Origin: a virus
DNA: 23,153 bases
Direction: 5' to 3' (one strand)
IMG/VR virus record: IMGVR_UViG_3300007734_000759
Span: 1-23,153 of that record
Shown: piece by piece, positions 6,258 to 13,631 of the stretch
Numbering within the stretch: position 1 is the first letter of the stretch
Layout of the letters: the number at the start of each line of letters is the position of its first letter
The notes under the pieces: generated by a model
What the model was told of the DNA's origin: nothing
Seen by the model: only the letters and a program-made list of their open reading frames with translations
Databases searched by the model: none
Position numbers and translations under genes: made by a program

Positions 6258-6440
6258 ATGAAACAGTTATTTTTAATCGGTGCTCTAGGATTGGCTTTGG
6301 CATCTTGCAATGGTGGTTCTACAAAAGGTGAAACTACTACAAATGATTCTACAATGGTATGTGATTCTACCGTATGTGATTCTACCGTATGTGACTCAAC
6401 CGCTTGTGATACCACAGTTGTAGATACAACCTCTAAGTAA
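6258..6440 (+). CDS. Small lipoprotein with (V/A)CD(S/T)T tandem repeats
   Basis: Lipobox LALAS-C; DSTMVCDSTVCDSTVCDSTACDTTVVDTT encoded by 15-bp tandem repeats (GATTCTACCGTATGT). Confidence 0.85.
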   Translation: MKQLFLIGALGLALASCNGGSTKGETTTNDSTMVCDSTVCDSTVCDSTACDTTVVDTTSK

Positions 6441-6441
6441 T

Positions 6442-6558
6442 ATGCCTAGAACATCACGAAAAGTTGCTAAGAAGGCTAGTAAGTTGTTAAAGACTTCAAA
6501 AAGCAAGACAGTTAAATCTGTTGCAGCATCAGCCCTCAGCAACCGCAAGAAAAAGTAA
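6442..6558 (+). CDS. Small highly basic protein, 38 aa (MPRTSRKVAKKASKLLKTSKSKTVKSVAASALSNRKKK)
   Basis: Hand-translated. Begins 1 nt after the previous stop and ends just before tRNA-Glu. Confidence 0.7.
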   Translation: MPRTSRKVAKKASKLLKTSKSKTVKSVAASALSNRKKK

Positions 6559-6566
6559 TCTTGCAA

Positions 6567-6638
6567 GCTCCGTTCGTCTAGGGGTTAGGACATCTCCCTT
6601 TCACGGAGGAAACAGGGGTTCGATTCCCCTACGGAGTA
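6567..6638 (+). tRNA. tRNA-Glu(TTC)
   Basis: Acceptor GCTCCGT/ACGGAGT; anticodon arm TCTCC-CTTTCAC-GGAGG; T arm AGGGG-TTCGATT-CCCCT. Confidence 0.95.
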
Positions 6639-6645
6639 CAAGTTT

Positions 6646-6726
6646 AGGATAGGTTACGGTAACGTAGAAACATAATACTCGGGCAGGGTTAGTTTCTATT
6701 AAGGGTTCGATACCTTTTCTATCCTC
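6646..6726 (+). ncRNA. tRNA-like RNA with minimal D arm and 20-nt 'anticodon' loop
   Basis: Acceptor AGGATAG/CTATCCT; TACG-GTAA-CGTA; GAAAC-20 nt-GTTTC; T arm AAGGG-TTCGATA-CCTTT. Lies between two canonical tRNAs. Confidence 0.6.
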
Positions 6727-6733
6727 AAAAAAT

Positions 6734-6814
6734 GCCTCTGTGGTGGAATGGTAGACACGCTAGACTTAGAATCTAGTGCCGCAAGGTGTGAGAGTTCGAG
6801 TCTCTCCGGAGGTA
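6734..6814 (+). tRNA. tRNA-Leu(TAG)
   Basis: Acceptor GCCTCTG/CGGAGGT; anticodon arm CTAGA-CTTAGAA-TCTAG; long variable arm; T arm GAGAG-TTCGAGT-CTCTC. Confidence 0.95.
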
Positions 6815-6820
6815 CAGAGA

Positions 6821-6922
6821 GCCCTAAGGCCACGGGATCGTAGTTCCTCAACCTCTGTGATTAAGTTGAGTGGGATCGTAAGCCCGATAGGTTGGCAACT
6901 GACCTACTGACCCTTGATAGGC
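6821..6922 (+). ncRNA. Putative structured non-tRNA RNA in the tRNA cluster
   Basis: GC-rich. Closing stem GCC(C)TAAGG/CCTTG(ATA)GGC, inner stems CGGG/CCCG and CTCAAC/GTTGAG, and TAGGTT-GGCAACT-GACCTA. Confidence 0.5.
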
Positions 6923-6935
6923 AATAGTTGCAAAC

Positions 6936-7009
6936 TACCCTCTCGTCTAACGGCAGGACAACTGGTTTTGGTCCAGTTAATTGAGGTTCGAATCCTTGGG
7001 GGGTAACCA
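6936..7009 (+). tRNA. tRNA-Gln(TTG), CCA encoded
   Basis: Acceptor TACCCTC/GGGGGTA; anticodon arm ACTGG-TTTTGGT-CCAGT; T arm TGAGG-TTCGAAT-CCTTG; ends ACCA. Confidence 0.93.
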
Positions 7010-7020
7010 ATTAAAATGTT

Positions 7021-7203
7021 ATGGATAAATTTAGAGAACTACCTATCAAGGAGTATGATATAGTGTCGCAAATGATGAATGCCGCTTCCGAACATGGTTT
7101 AGAAGTTGAAGTTGTGACAGAGTTTATAAGCATTCTTAGAAATGATATGGACATAGATCTTGCAGAGGCAGCAGCTATGGCTTTAATTGAATGGGATATT
7201 TAA
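7021..7203 (+). CDS. Small acidic hypothetical protein
   Basis: ORF track, 60 aa, GTTATG start. Confidence 0.75.
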   Translation: MDKFRELPIKEYDIVSQMMNAASEHGLEVEVVTEFISILRNDMDIDLAEAAAMALIEWDI

Positions 7204-7216
7204 TCAAATTAATAAT

Positions 7217-7528
7217 ATGGAACAAATGTTGTTTGGGTTAGGAGCCCTTTGTACAGTAGTACTTGGAGTATTAGTGTACGTGTTTATTATGACTATTCAG
7301 TCTATCAAAAAGTTCAAATCGTCTCAAGAACGTATGGAGTACTTCTCTCGTGCGGTAGAAGAGTTTAGGTCAACTGCGTGGAGAAATCGTGAGGAGAGTG
7401 AGCGGTTCACTAACAATCGTATTGATGCAGTTTACCAACACATTCATATGGATGTTGAAAAACGTATCGAGAAGTTGGAAGAGAAAATGATTCCTAAAGA
7501 AGCTAAGAAAGAAGTATTGAAAGGTTAA
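7217..7528 (+). CDS. Membrane-anchored coiled-coil hypothetical protein
   Basis: ORF 7187..7528; likely start ATG 7217 (MEQMLF) after an A-rich leader; N-terminal TM helix. Confidence 0.75.
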   Translation: MEQMLFGLGALCTVVLGVLVYVFIMTIQSIKKFKSSQERMEYFSRAVEEFRSTAWRNREESERFTNNRIDAVYQHIHMDVEKRIEKLEEKMIPKEAKKEVLKG

Positions 7529-7563
7529 TATTAAATTAAACTAACCTTACTACTTTCTTAAAC

Positions 7564-7596
7564 AGAGTCCCTTGCATTAGGGACTTTTTTGTTTTT
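7564..7596 (+). terminator. Rho-independent terminator
   Basis: AGAGTCCCT-TGCATT-AGGGACTTT followed by a T-run. Confidence 0.85.
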
Positions 7597-7611
7597 ATTT
7601 ATCAATAAAAA

Positions 7612-9132
7612 ATGCTTATGAAAAAATTAATTACGTTACTAACCTTGTTACTAACTTTTGGAGCAACCGCTCAGTTCCTAGACTCAACAAACTACAAAGG
7701 AGCTTTCCCCGCAGATCAATCAATGTGGACAAATGGATGGTGTAATTGGAATCCCGATTCAACCAACTACCCAGCAATTAATATAACCGTCTCAGGAAAC
7801 ATCACTTCAAACACTACTTGGACGTCAAACAACACTTACCTTCTATCCGGTACTGTTTACGTTGACTCAGGTGTTACTTTAGTTATACAACCCGGAACTA
7901 TCATTAGAGGTAATGATTTAATTGCTAATTCAAGTTTAATTATTAAAAAAGGTGGTAGACTTATTGCTCAGGGTACTTCAACTAATCCAATTGTATTTAC
8001 TTCCAATAAACCTATCGGATCTCGAGGTGTTGGAGATTGGGGTGGAGTTATCTTGTTAGGCAGAGCTACAATGAACCAAGGTGTAGGATTTATTGAGGGA
8101 TTAGCAGCTATCGCAGATCATCAATATGGTGGTTCAGATGATAATGATAATTCAGGTATCCTATCTTATGTTCGTATTGAATATGGTGGTTATGTATTTG
8201 CCCAAAATAAAGAGATTAATGGATTAACTATGGGTGCTGTAGGAAGAGGTACTCAAATTGATCATATCCAATGTTCTTTTATTAACGATGATGCTTTTGA
8301 GTGGTACGGCGGAGCAGTAAATTGTAAATACTTAGTTTCTTATAGAACCGTAGATGATGACTTTGATTCTGATTTCGGTTATCACGGATTTGTACAGTAT
8401 GGTTTGTCAGTTAGAGATCCACAATTAGGGGATCCTTCTTACTCACTTCCTTCCGGTGCTTCTACTTCTGAAGGATTCGAATCAGACAACGATGCTGCGG
8501 GTTCAAATTTACAACCATTTACAAATGCTACATTTGCTAATTTTACAATGATTGGCCCTTTTAGAGGAAACAATACTTCAACAGTACATCCAGCATATAG
8601 AAGAGGAGCTCGTATTCGTCGTAACTCTCAAATTAAAATTATCAATACTATCTTTACAGATTGGGCAACTGGTGTGATGATTGATGGAGTTGCTTGTGAT
8701 TCTAATGCAATTCGAGGCACTTTAATTGTACGTGATAATCTAATCACCAATTACAGGACCCGAGTAGCAGAGAGAAGTTCCGCTAGCACGTTTAATGTGT
8801 TGCAGTTTATTGGATCAAATAACGATACTCTACCAACTAGTAATATCCTAACTCGTCCTTACGACTTTAATAATCCAGACTATCGTCTCAAATCATCAGT
8901 AAATAGTGAAGATCTTACCTCAATGTTACAAGCGTATCCTAACCCTTGTTCCGATGTGTTATTTGTTATAGCAACTAAAAACGATGTTTTAATGATAACC
9001 GATCTATCAAATAAGTTGATTTTAACGCAAAAGGTTACACAGGGGACGAATATAGTAAATGTTAACTTTTCTAATGGAATTTATTTAGTGAAAGTTGGAA
9101 ATCATACTAAAAAGGTAATTATTAGTAGATAA
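7612..9132 (+). CDS. Secreted beta-helix-type protein with T9SS type A C-terminal sorting domain
   Basis: Signal peptide (start 7612 or 7618). Core motifs GDWGGVILLG, DNSGILSYVRIEYGG, EINGLT, DDAFEWYGG, DDDFDSD. CTD pattern YPNP...GIYLVKV...KKVII. Confidence 0.85.
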   Translation: MLMKKLITLLTLLLTFGATAQFLDSTNYKGAFPADQSMWTNGWCNWNPDSTNYPAINITVSGNITSNTTWTSNNTYLLSGTVYVDSGVTLVIQPGTIIRGNDLIANSSLIIKKGGRLIAQGTSTNPIVFTSNKPIGSRGVGDWGGVILLGRATMNQGVGFIEGLAAIADHQYGGSDDNDNSGILSYVRIEYGGYVFAQNKEINGLTMGAVGRGTQIDHIQCSFINDDAFEWYGGAVNCKYLVSYRTVDDDFDSDFGYHGFVQYGLSVRDPQLGDPSYSLPSGASTSEGFESDNDAAGSNLQPFTNATFANFTMIGPFRGNNTSTVHPAYRRGARIRRNSQIKIINTIFTDWATGVMIDGVACDSNAIRGTLIVRDNLITNYRTRVAERSSASTFNVLQFIGSNNDTLPTSNILTRPYDFNNPDYRLKSSVNSEDLTSMLQAYPNPCSDVLFVIATKNDVLMITDLSNKLILTQKVTQGTNIVNVNFSNGIYLVKVGNHTKKVIISR

Positions 9133-9154
9133 AAATAAAGTAACATTTTTTCGG

Positions 9155-9183
9155 AAAGGCCTCCATTAGGAGGTTTTTTCTTT
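9155..9183 (+). terminator. Rho-independent terminator
   Basis: AAAGGCCTCC-ATTA-GGAGGTTTTTT. Confidence 0.8.
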
Positions 9184-9211
9184 ACTATTTATAAGAAACA
9201 AACATAAAATT

Positions 9212-9427
9212 ATGGTACTATTAGATTCAACTGCCGTGGCTACACAAGCCTCTCAATTTGGAGTTTTCGAAAAGCTTACCGATTACGGAGCGTTAGGACT
9301 CATCGTTTTGGCATTAGGTTATGTATCATGGATGTTCGTTCAAAAGAAGCTTAAAGAAAACGAAGAGCTTAAAAAGAAAATTGAAGATCTAAGAGAGGAA
9401 TTATTAAGAGCTAAATTACATAAGTAA
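9212..9427 (+). CDS. Holin-like single-TM protein
   Basis: One TM helix plus coiled coil; GVFEKLTDYGALG motif; first gene of the lysis cluster. Confidence 0.55.
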   Translation: MVLLDSTAVATQASQFGVFEKLTDYGALGLIVLALGYVSWMFVQKKLKENEELKKKIEDLREELLRAKLHK

Positions 9428-9705
9428 TGCTTTTACAGACAGTACCTTCAGCGGGAGTCTTTGACTCCCTTATCCAGTATGGTGTATTGGGTATAGCTAC
9501 GTTAGGTTTAGGTTGGGCTTGTTGGAAACTACTTCAGCGTCAGCTTGAAACAGAAGAACGTCTGACTAATAAAGTGGAAGAACTTGAAAAGAAGTTCGAT
9601 GGGTATATAGATAATGATCACACTAAGTTGAAGAACTTGGTTGATTCTAATACTAAAGCCTATCTAGAATTAAGAGATATGATTGTTGTTAATACTAAAA
9701 AGTAA
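9427..9705 (+). CDS. Holin-like single-TM protein, paralog of the preceding gene
   Basis: GVFDSLIQYGVLG motif, TM helix and coiled coil; TAATG coupling to the previous gene. Confidence 0.55.
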   Translation: MLLQTVPSAGVFDSLIQYGVLGIATLGLGWACWKLLQRQLETEERLTNKVEELEKKFDGYIDNDHTKLKNLVDSNTKAYLELRDMIVVNTKK

Positions 9706-9708
9706 AAA

Positions 9709-10098
9709 ATGAAATCGAAGTTGCTTTATGCTATCTTAGCTATGGCTGGGACAGTTGGGTTTGTTGTATTTCAAGTTGGGTTTGCTGGAGATAAGCACGT
9801 TACGGTTGTAAAAGAGAATATATCTCTGTACAACGAGAATACAGCTCTGCGAGCTGAGAATGAGGCTTTAAAGGAGGAGAATGCTGCTTTGGATAGCATG
9901 GCAGGTGGAAAGCTCGATAGCTTCAATACCGCTTTGCAAAACAGTGTTGATAACGCCATAGATTCAACTAAAGCAAGTACGGAAGCGAAATTTCAAAAAG
10001 AAATAAAAACATTAAACGATGAACTTCAGCAGATTAAAAGTGATCTTTACGATCTTGATGGTAATGGTCGTAGGATCTCTCTCGGCCCAATCAAATAA
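9709..10098 (+). CDS. N-terminally anchored coiled-coil protein (i-spanin-like candidate)
   Basis: N-terminal TM, heptad-like coiled coil; overlaps the next gene by 80 nt within the lysis cluster. Confidence 0.5.
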   Translation: MKSKLLYAILAMAGTVGFVVFQVGFAGDKHVTVVKENISLYNENTALRAENEALKEENAALDSMAGGKLDSFNTALQNSVDNAIDSTKASTEAKFQKEIKTLNDELQQIKSDLYDLDGNGRRISLGPIK

Positions 10099-10861
10099 AA
10101 ATAAGTATCCACAAACTAAAGTATATCGTGGTGATTCTGTTGTTATTCTATCTGTTGATCAATCGAATTACATCAACAAAACGTTTAAGGAACAGAAACA
10201 AGCTCTTGATTCGTTTAAAGTAGTTACAGATACCTTAACCAAGTATAGAGATTCGGTTATTGTAAAGTATGTCACTACCGATAGTATTCTAACAGTAACT
10301 GATTCACTTCGTAGAGAGCTTCTAGCTTATAAGAATAAAGTAGAAGAGGCTGCTAAATTAGGTTTATACGTTACCTACGACACTATTAGAGAACAAGCTA
10401 AGTTCTTGCCATTTGATAAGGATTTCAAAGTTCAGATGAAGGAAACTGAAAATGGGGTTAAGCTATTTGCTACTAGTTTTGATCAGTTCACAAAAACTAG
10501 AATTATTACAGGAGGAAGTTTAGCTTTGTTGAGTGGATTGTCGTATGGTATTAATAGTGAAGTAGTTAATGATCCTTACGACTTTGCTAAAAGGTTTCCT
10601 AACATGCCTACTACGTTTTGGGATCATTATGGTAAAACAGGACCAAGTAGTTGGGCTAGAGAAACTAGAGTTGGCAACTTAGTATTCAAATCAGATCTAT
10701 GGCACATCTCTAAAGGAGTTGGTGTTACGGCTATGACGTTATCGTTTCCTATATCACTATACGAAGCAACAAAATGGAAACAAGTTATTTATAGAAGTCT
10801 AATAAATTCAGTATGTTACACAATAGGTTACAATGTATCAACAAAATTAATAATTAAATAA
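10019..10861 (+). CDS. Exported/membrane hypothetical protein in the lysis cluster
   Basis: Signal peptide ending ...GSLSA-Q, coiled-coil region and hydrophobic C-terminal segments. Confidence 0.7.
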   Translation: MNFSRLKVIFTILMVMVVGSLSAQSNKNKYPQTKVYRGDSVVILSVDQSNYINKTFKEQKQALDSFKVVTDTLTKYRDSVIVKYVTTDSILTVTDSLRRELLAYKNKVEEAAKLGLYVTYDTIREQAKFLPFDKDFKVQMKETENGVKLFATSFDQFTKTRIITGGSLALLSGLSYGINSEVVNDPYDFAKRFPNMPTTFWDHYGKTGPSSWARETRVGNLVFKSDLWHISKGVGVTAMTLSFPISLYEATKWKQVIYRSLINSVCYTIGYNVSTKLIIK

Positions 10862-10862
10862 T

Positions 10863-11459
10863 ATGAATATTCAAAATTTAAAAGGTCACATCCCCGACAC
10901 AGTACTCGCTCAAATTCCATCTGTGATGGAGAAGTTCAAAATTGATACTCCATTGGAGTTAGCTCACTTCTTGGCTCAGTGTGGTCACGAAAGTGGAAAC
11001 TTTAAAGCAGTATCTGAAAACCTAAACTACTCAGCTGATGGTTTAAAGAAAATCTTTCCTAAATACTTTCCTGGAAACTTGAATGAATCCTACGCTCGTA
11101 AGCCAGAGGCTATTGCTTCTCGTGTCTATGCTTCGCGTATGGGTAATGGAGATGAATCTTCTAAAGAGGGTTTCAAATTTAGAGGTAGAGGCTACATCCA
11201 ATTAACCGGTAAAGCTAACTACGCTGAATTTGATAAATTTGTAGAAGATGACATTCTAGCAAATCCAGATTTAGTAGCAACTAAGTATCCCTTGCTTTCA
11301 GCTGCTTGGTTCTTTTCCAAGAATAAACTAAATGAAATTGCTTCTAAAGGAGCTGACGATGCTACTGTTACTGCTGTTACTAAAAGAGTGAATGGTGGAA
11401 CTATTGGATTGGCTGATCGTATCAAGCATTTTAAAGAGTTCTACGCTCTATTAAAATAA
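10863..11459 (+). CDS. Glycoside hydrolase family 19 endolysin
   Basis: AHFLAQCGHESGNF, ENLNYS, FRGRGYIQLTGKANY and VTKRVNGGTIGLADR motifs. Confidence 0.92.
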   Translation: MNIQNLKGHIPDTVLAQIPSVMEKFKIDTPLELAHFLAQCGHESGNFKAVSENLNYSADGLKKIFPKYFPGNLNESYARKPEAIASRVYASRMGNGDESSKEGFKFRGRGYIQLTGKANYAEFDKFVEDDILANPDLVATKYPLLSAAWFFSKNKLNEIASKGADDATVTAVTKRVNGGTIGLADRIKHFKEFYALLK

Positions 11460-11490
11460 CAGATATTTATTATAACAAACAAACAAAACT

Positions 11491-11736
11491 ATGAAGAAAT
11501 TCTTTAAATCAATGTTGAGTTCCACATCAGGTGATGTCAGCTCAAAAAGAGTTATAGCATTTTTAGGCTTTTTAGCTTTAGCCGGTACAATGATTATCAA
11601 TAGTAACACTCACGAAGAAATTAAACCTTCTGCAGAGTTGGTAAGTGCTGTTGAATATATCACCATTGCTTGTCTTTTTGGTACTAGCTTAGATAACTTT
11701 GCTGCTCCTAAAAAACCTAATAAAACAGAAGAATAA
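11491..11736 (+). CDS. Two-TM holin-like protein
   Basis: SSKRVIAFLGFL motif and two hydrophobic helices; sits between two endolysin genes. Confidence 0.6.
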   Translation: MKKFFKSMLSSTSGDVSSKRVIAFLGFLALAGTMIINSNTHEEIKPSAELVSAVEYITIACLFGTSLDNFAAPKKPNKTEE

Positions 11737-12203
11737 TGTTAACAACACAGCAGATAATTGAAAGGTACGGTAAACCTGATGATGACGGTTCTGATTACTT
11801 GGTACTCTTAGATTTACCCTACCCAATGAGACTGGCATGGGATAAGGATACAATAGTATCTAGAATTAGATGTCATAGGTTAATCAAAGATAGATTATCT
11901 GCTGTTTTTTCTGATTTATTAGAACATTACGGATTGCCAGAACTCCAGAGACTAGGTATTGATTTGTTTGGAGGATGTTTTGCTTTTCGTAAAATGAGAG
12001 GCGGTAAGGATTGGTCAAGACATGCTTGGGCAATTGCTATTGATTTAGATCCAGATAGGAACTCGTTGAAAGCAACATCTAAGACAGCTCAGTTTGCTAA
12101 ACCCGCCTACAAAGCTATGATTGATATATTCTATAAACATGGATTTATATCTTTAGGCAGAGAAAAGAATTATGATTGGATGCACTTTGAAATAGGAAAC
12201 TAA
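11736..12203 (+). CDS. M15-family zinc peptidase (endolysin, L-Ala-D-Glu peptidase-like)
   Basis: SRHAWAIAID (SxHxxxxAxD) and DWMHFE zinc-ligand motifs. Confidence 0.88.
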   Translation: MLTTQQIIERYGKPDDDGSDYLVLLDLPYPMRLAWDKDTIVSRIRCHRLIKDRLSAVFSDLLEHYGLPELQRLGIDLFGGCFAFRKMRGGKDWSRHAWAIAIDLDPDRNSLKATSKTAQFAKPAYKAMIDIFYKHGFISLGREKNYDWMHFEIGN

Positions 12204-12204
12204 T

Positions 12205-12810
12205 ATGAAAAACTTAAACATACTTAAGAAATTAATAAAAGAAGAACTTGATAGAGTTCTAGCTGAAGATCATAATAGCTTTGATAACTATATGTTTTTT
12301 CAAAACCTACAAACAATTAATAGAGCTACGGGAGAGATGCTTCAAATGAATCCTAGGTACGTAGATGCTATTTTATCTGACGGTCATCAGTGGGCGGTAG
12401 ATCATATTGCAACATCTGCCGATGATGTAAGTGAAGTTCATGGTTTTTTGTTGAACCGTCAACCTATGATGGAGAGTGATGATGAATTATTTAAGCCTCT
12501 CGATCCTAATCAAAATAGCGATACTATCCTAAGTAAGATAGTAAAGCATGGCCAGGAGTTGCTAAAGTATAATTTAGGATTAGATATCGCAAAGTTAAAT
12601 CAGATTGAATCTACTCTACGAGCTATGGTTGCTGATATGGATAAGGGAAGTGATGGATCCAATCAGGCAGGTAATGATGATTTGTATGAAAAACGTCTGA
12701 CTAAAGCTGCTAAAGGATATACTTCAAAATTCGATAACGATCCTAATTTAACAAAGAAGCAAAAAGGATTTTCTGACTTTATCCAGGGTAAGATTTTAAA
12801 ATCTAAATAA
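12205..12810 (+). CDS. Hypothetical protein with N-terminal LKKLIKEEL motif (possible virion protein)
   Basis: 201-aa ORF; motif shared with the 4365 and 18607 products. Confidence 0.75.
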   Translation: MKNLNILKKLIKEELDRVLAEDHNSFDNYMFFQNLQTINRATGEMLQMNPRYVDAILSDGHQWAVDHIATSADDVSEVHGFLLNRQPMMESDDELFKPLDPNQNSDTILSKIVKHGQELLKYNLGLDIAKLNQIESTLRAMVADMDKGSDGSNQAGNDDLYEKRLTKAAKGYTSKFDNDPNLTKKQKGFSDFIQGKILKSK

Positions 12811-12897
12811 CGCAGGTTTTAGTAGCGTTATTGTAAGGATTTATTTATATTAGTATATACAATCCAAAACTAATCGATAATCGCTACAAACCGATGT

Positions 12898-13329
12898 ATG
12901 GCACATACACAAAACATAATTGACATAGAGAAGATATTTGATATCTTCGAATCTTCTAATCCTAATACTGCTGAGGAAAAGCAAGTAGGGCAGCACTATA
13001 CTAATATTGCCTTCTTTACTAAGATGGTAAACCAAGCTCATGTATATCCTAAAACTTTAGGTATTCTGAGAGAAATGTTTACAAATATTGACGATATAGG
13101 TGAGTTGGAGTTCATGGGAACATTAATGCTGATCAGCAGGGCATTTAGGAGAATAGAAAATATACCATTAGATAATCTTACTCTAAAGGAACTAGTTATC
13201 GAAAGTAAAATTAAAGAAAGCTATTTCAAAGCATTAAATACAGCAATCAAGTACTTTGTGGAGGTTGAAGAATACGAGAAGTGTGTAATTCTTCAAAACC
13301 ATCTAAACTTTTTCTATAAGGATTGTTGA
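12898..13329 (+). CDS. Hypothetical protein with C-terminal UVR (UvrB/UvrC)-like motif
   Basis: C-terminal AIKYFVEVEEYEKCVILQN. Confidence 0.65.
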   Translation: MAHTQNIIDIEKIFDIFESSNPNTAEEKQVGQHYTNIAFFTKMVNQAHVYPKTLGILREMFTNIDDIGELEFMGTLMLISRAFRRIENIPLDNLTLKELVIESKIKESYFKALNTAIKYFVEVEEYEKCVILQNHLNFFYKDC

Positions 13330-13356
13330 CTTTTTGGAAAAAATTTATTATCTTCT
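13326..13356 (+). promoter_or_regulatory. Probable Bacteroidetes-type promoter for the HD/sigma operon
   Basis: TTG 13326-13328, 20-nt spacer, TATCTTCT 13349-13356, then a very A/T-rich leader. Confidence 0.5.
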
Positions 13357-13441
13357 AATTATTATTAAAATAATAAGAATAAAAAGAAATAATAGATAAG
13401 AAAATAATTAATAAATAATATTAAAATATAATAATAAAATT

Positions 13442-13630
13442 ATGAGAAACCGCAATCTATACTTTGCAAAAATTGAAGCTGTTGAAGGTAAACTTAAAGC
13501 TTTACAAATGATGGTTAAGATGAGTCAATCTGCCGATGAGTTTTTGAGAGTAGCTCAAGAAGCAGAAGAGATACTACAAGATGTGAAAGATATGTTTAAT
13601 AGAGAGCCTGTTGCTCCTAACGAATATTAA
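13442..13630 (+). CDS. Small helical hypothetical protein
   Basis: ORF track, 62 aa, A-rich leader. Confidence 0.75.
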   Translation: MRNRNLYFAKIEAVEGKLKALQMMVKMSQSADEFLRVAQEAEEILQDVKDMFNREPVAPNEY

Positions 13631-13631
13631 T

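Noticed and set aside
6734-6814. Amber suppressor tRNA or stop-codon recoding
   Set aside because: Anticodon TAG reads CUA (Leu); a suppressor would need anticodon CTA. Genes are intact and densely packed under the standard code.
6866-6922. SAM-I riboswitch resemblance (GGGA...GCCCGAT...GGCAAC)
   Set aside because: The 5' AUC-containing P1 strand is not evident, and the element sits between tRNAs rather than before a metabolic gene.
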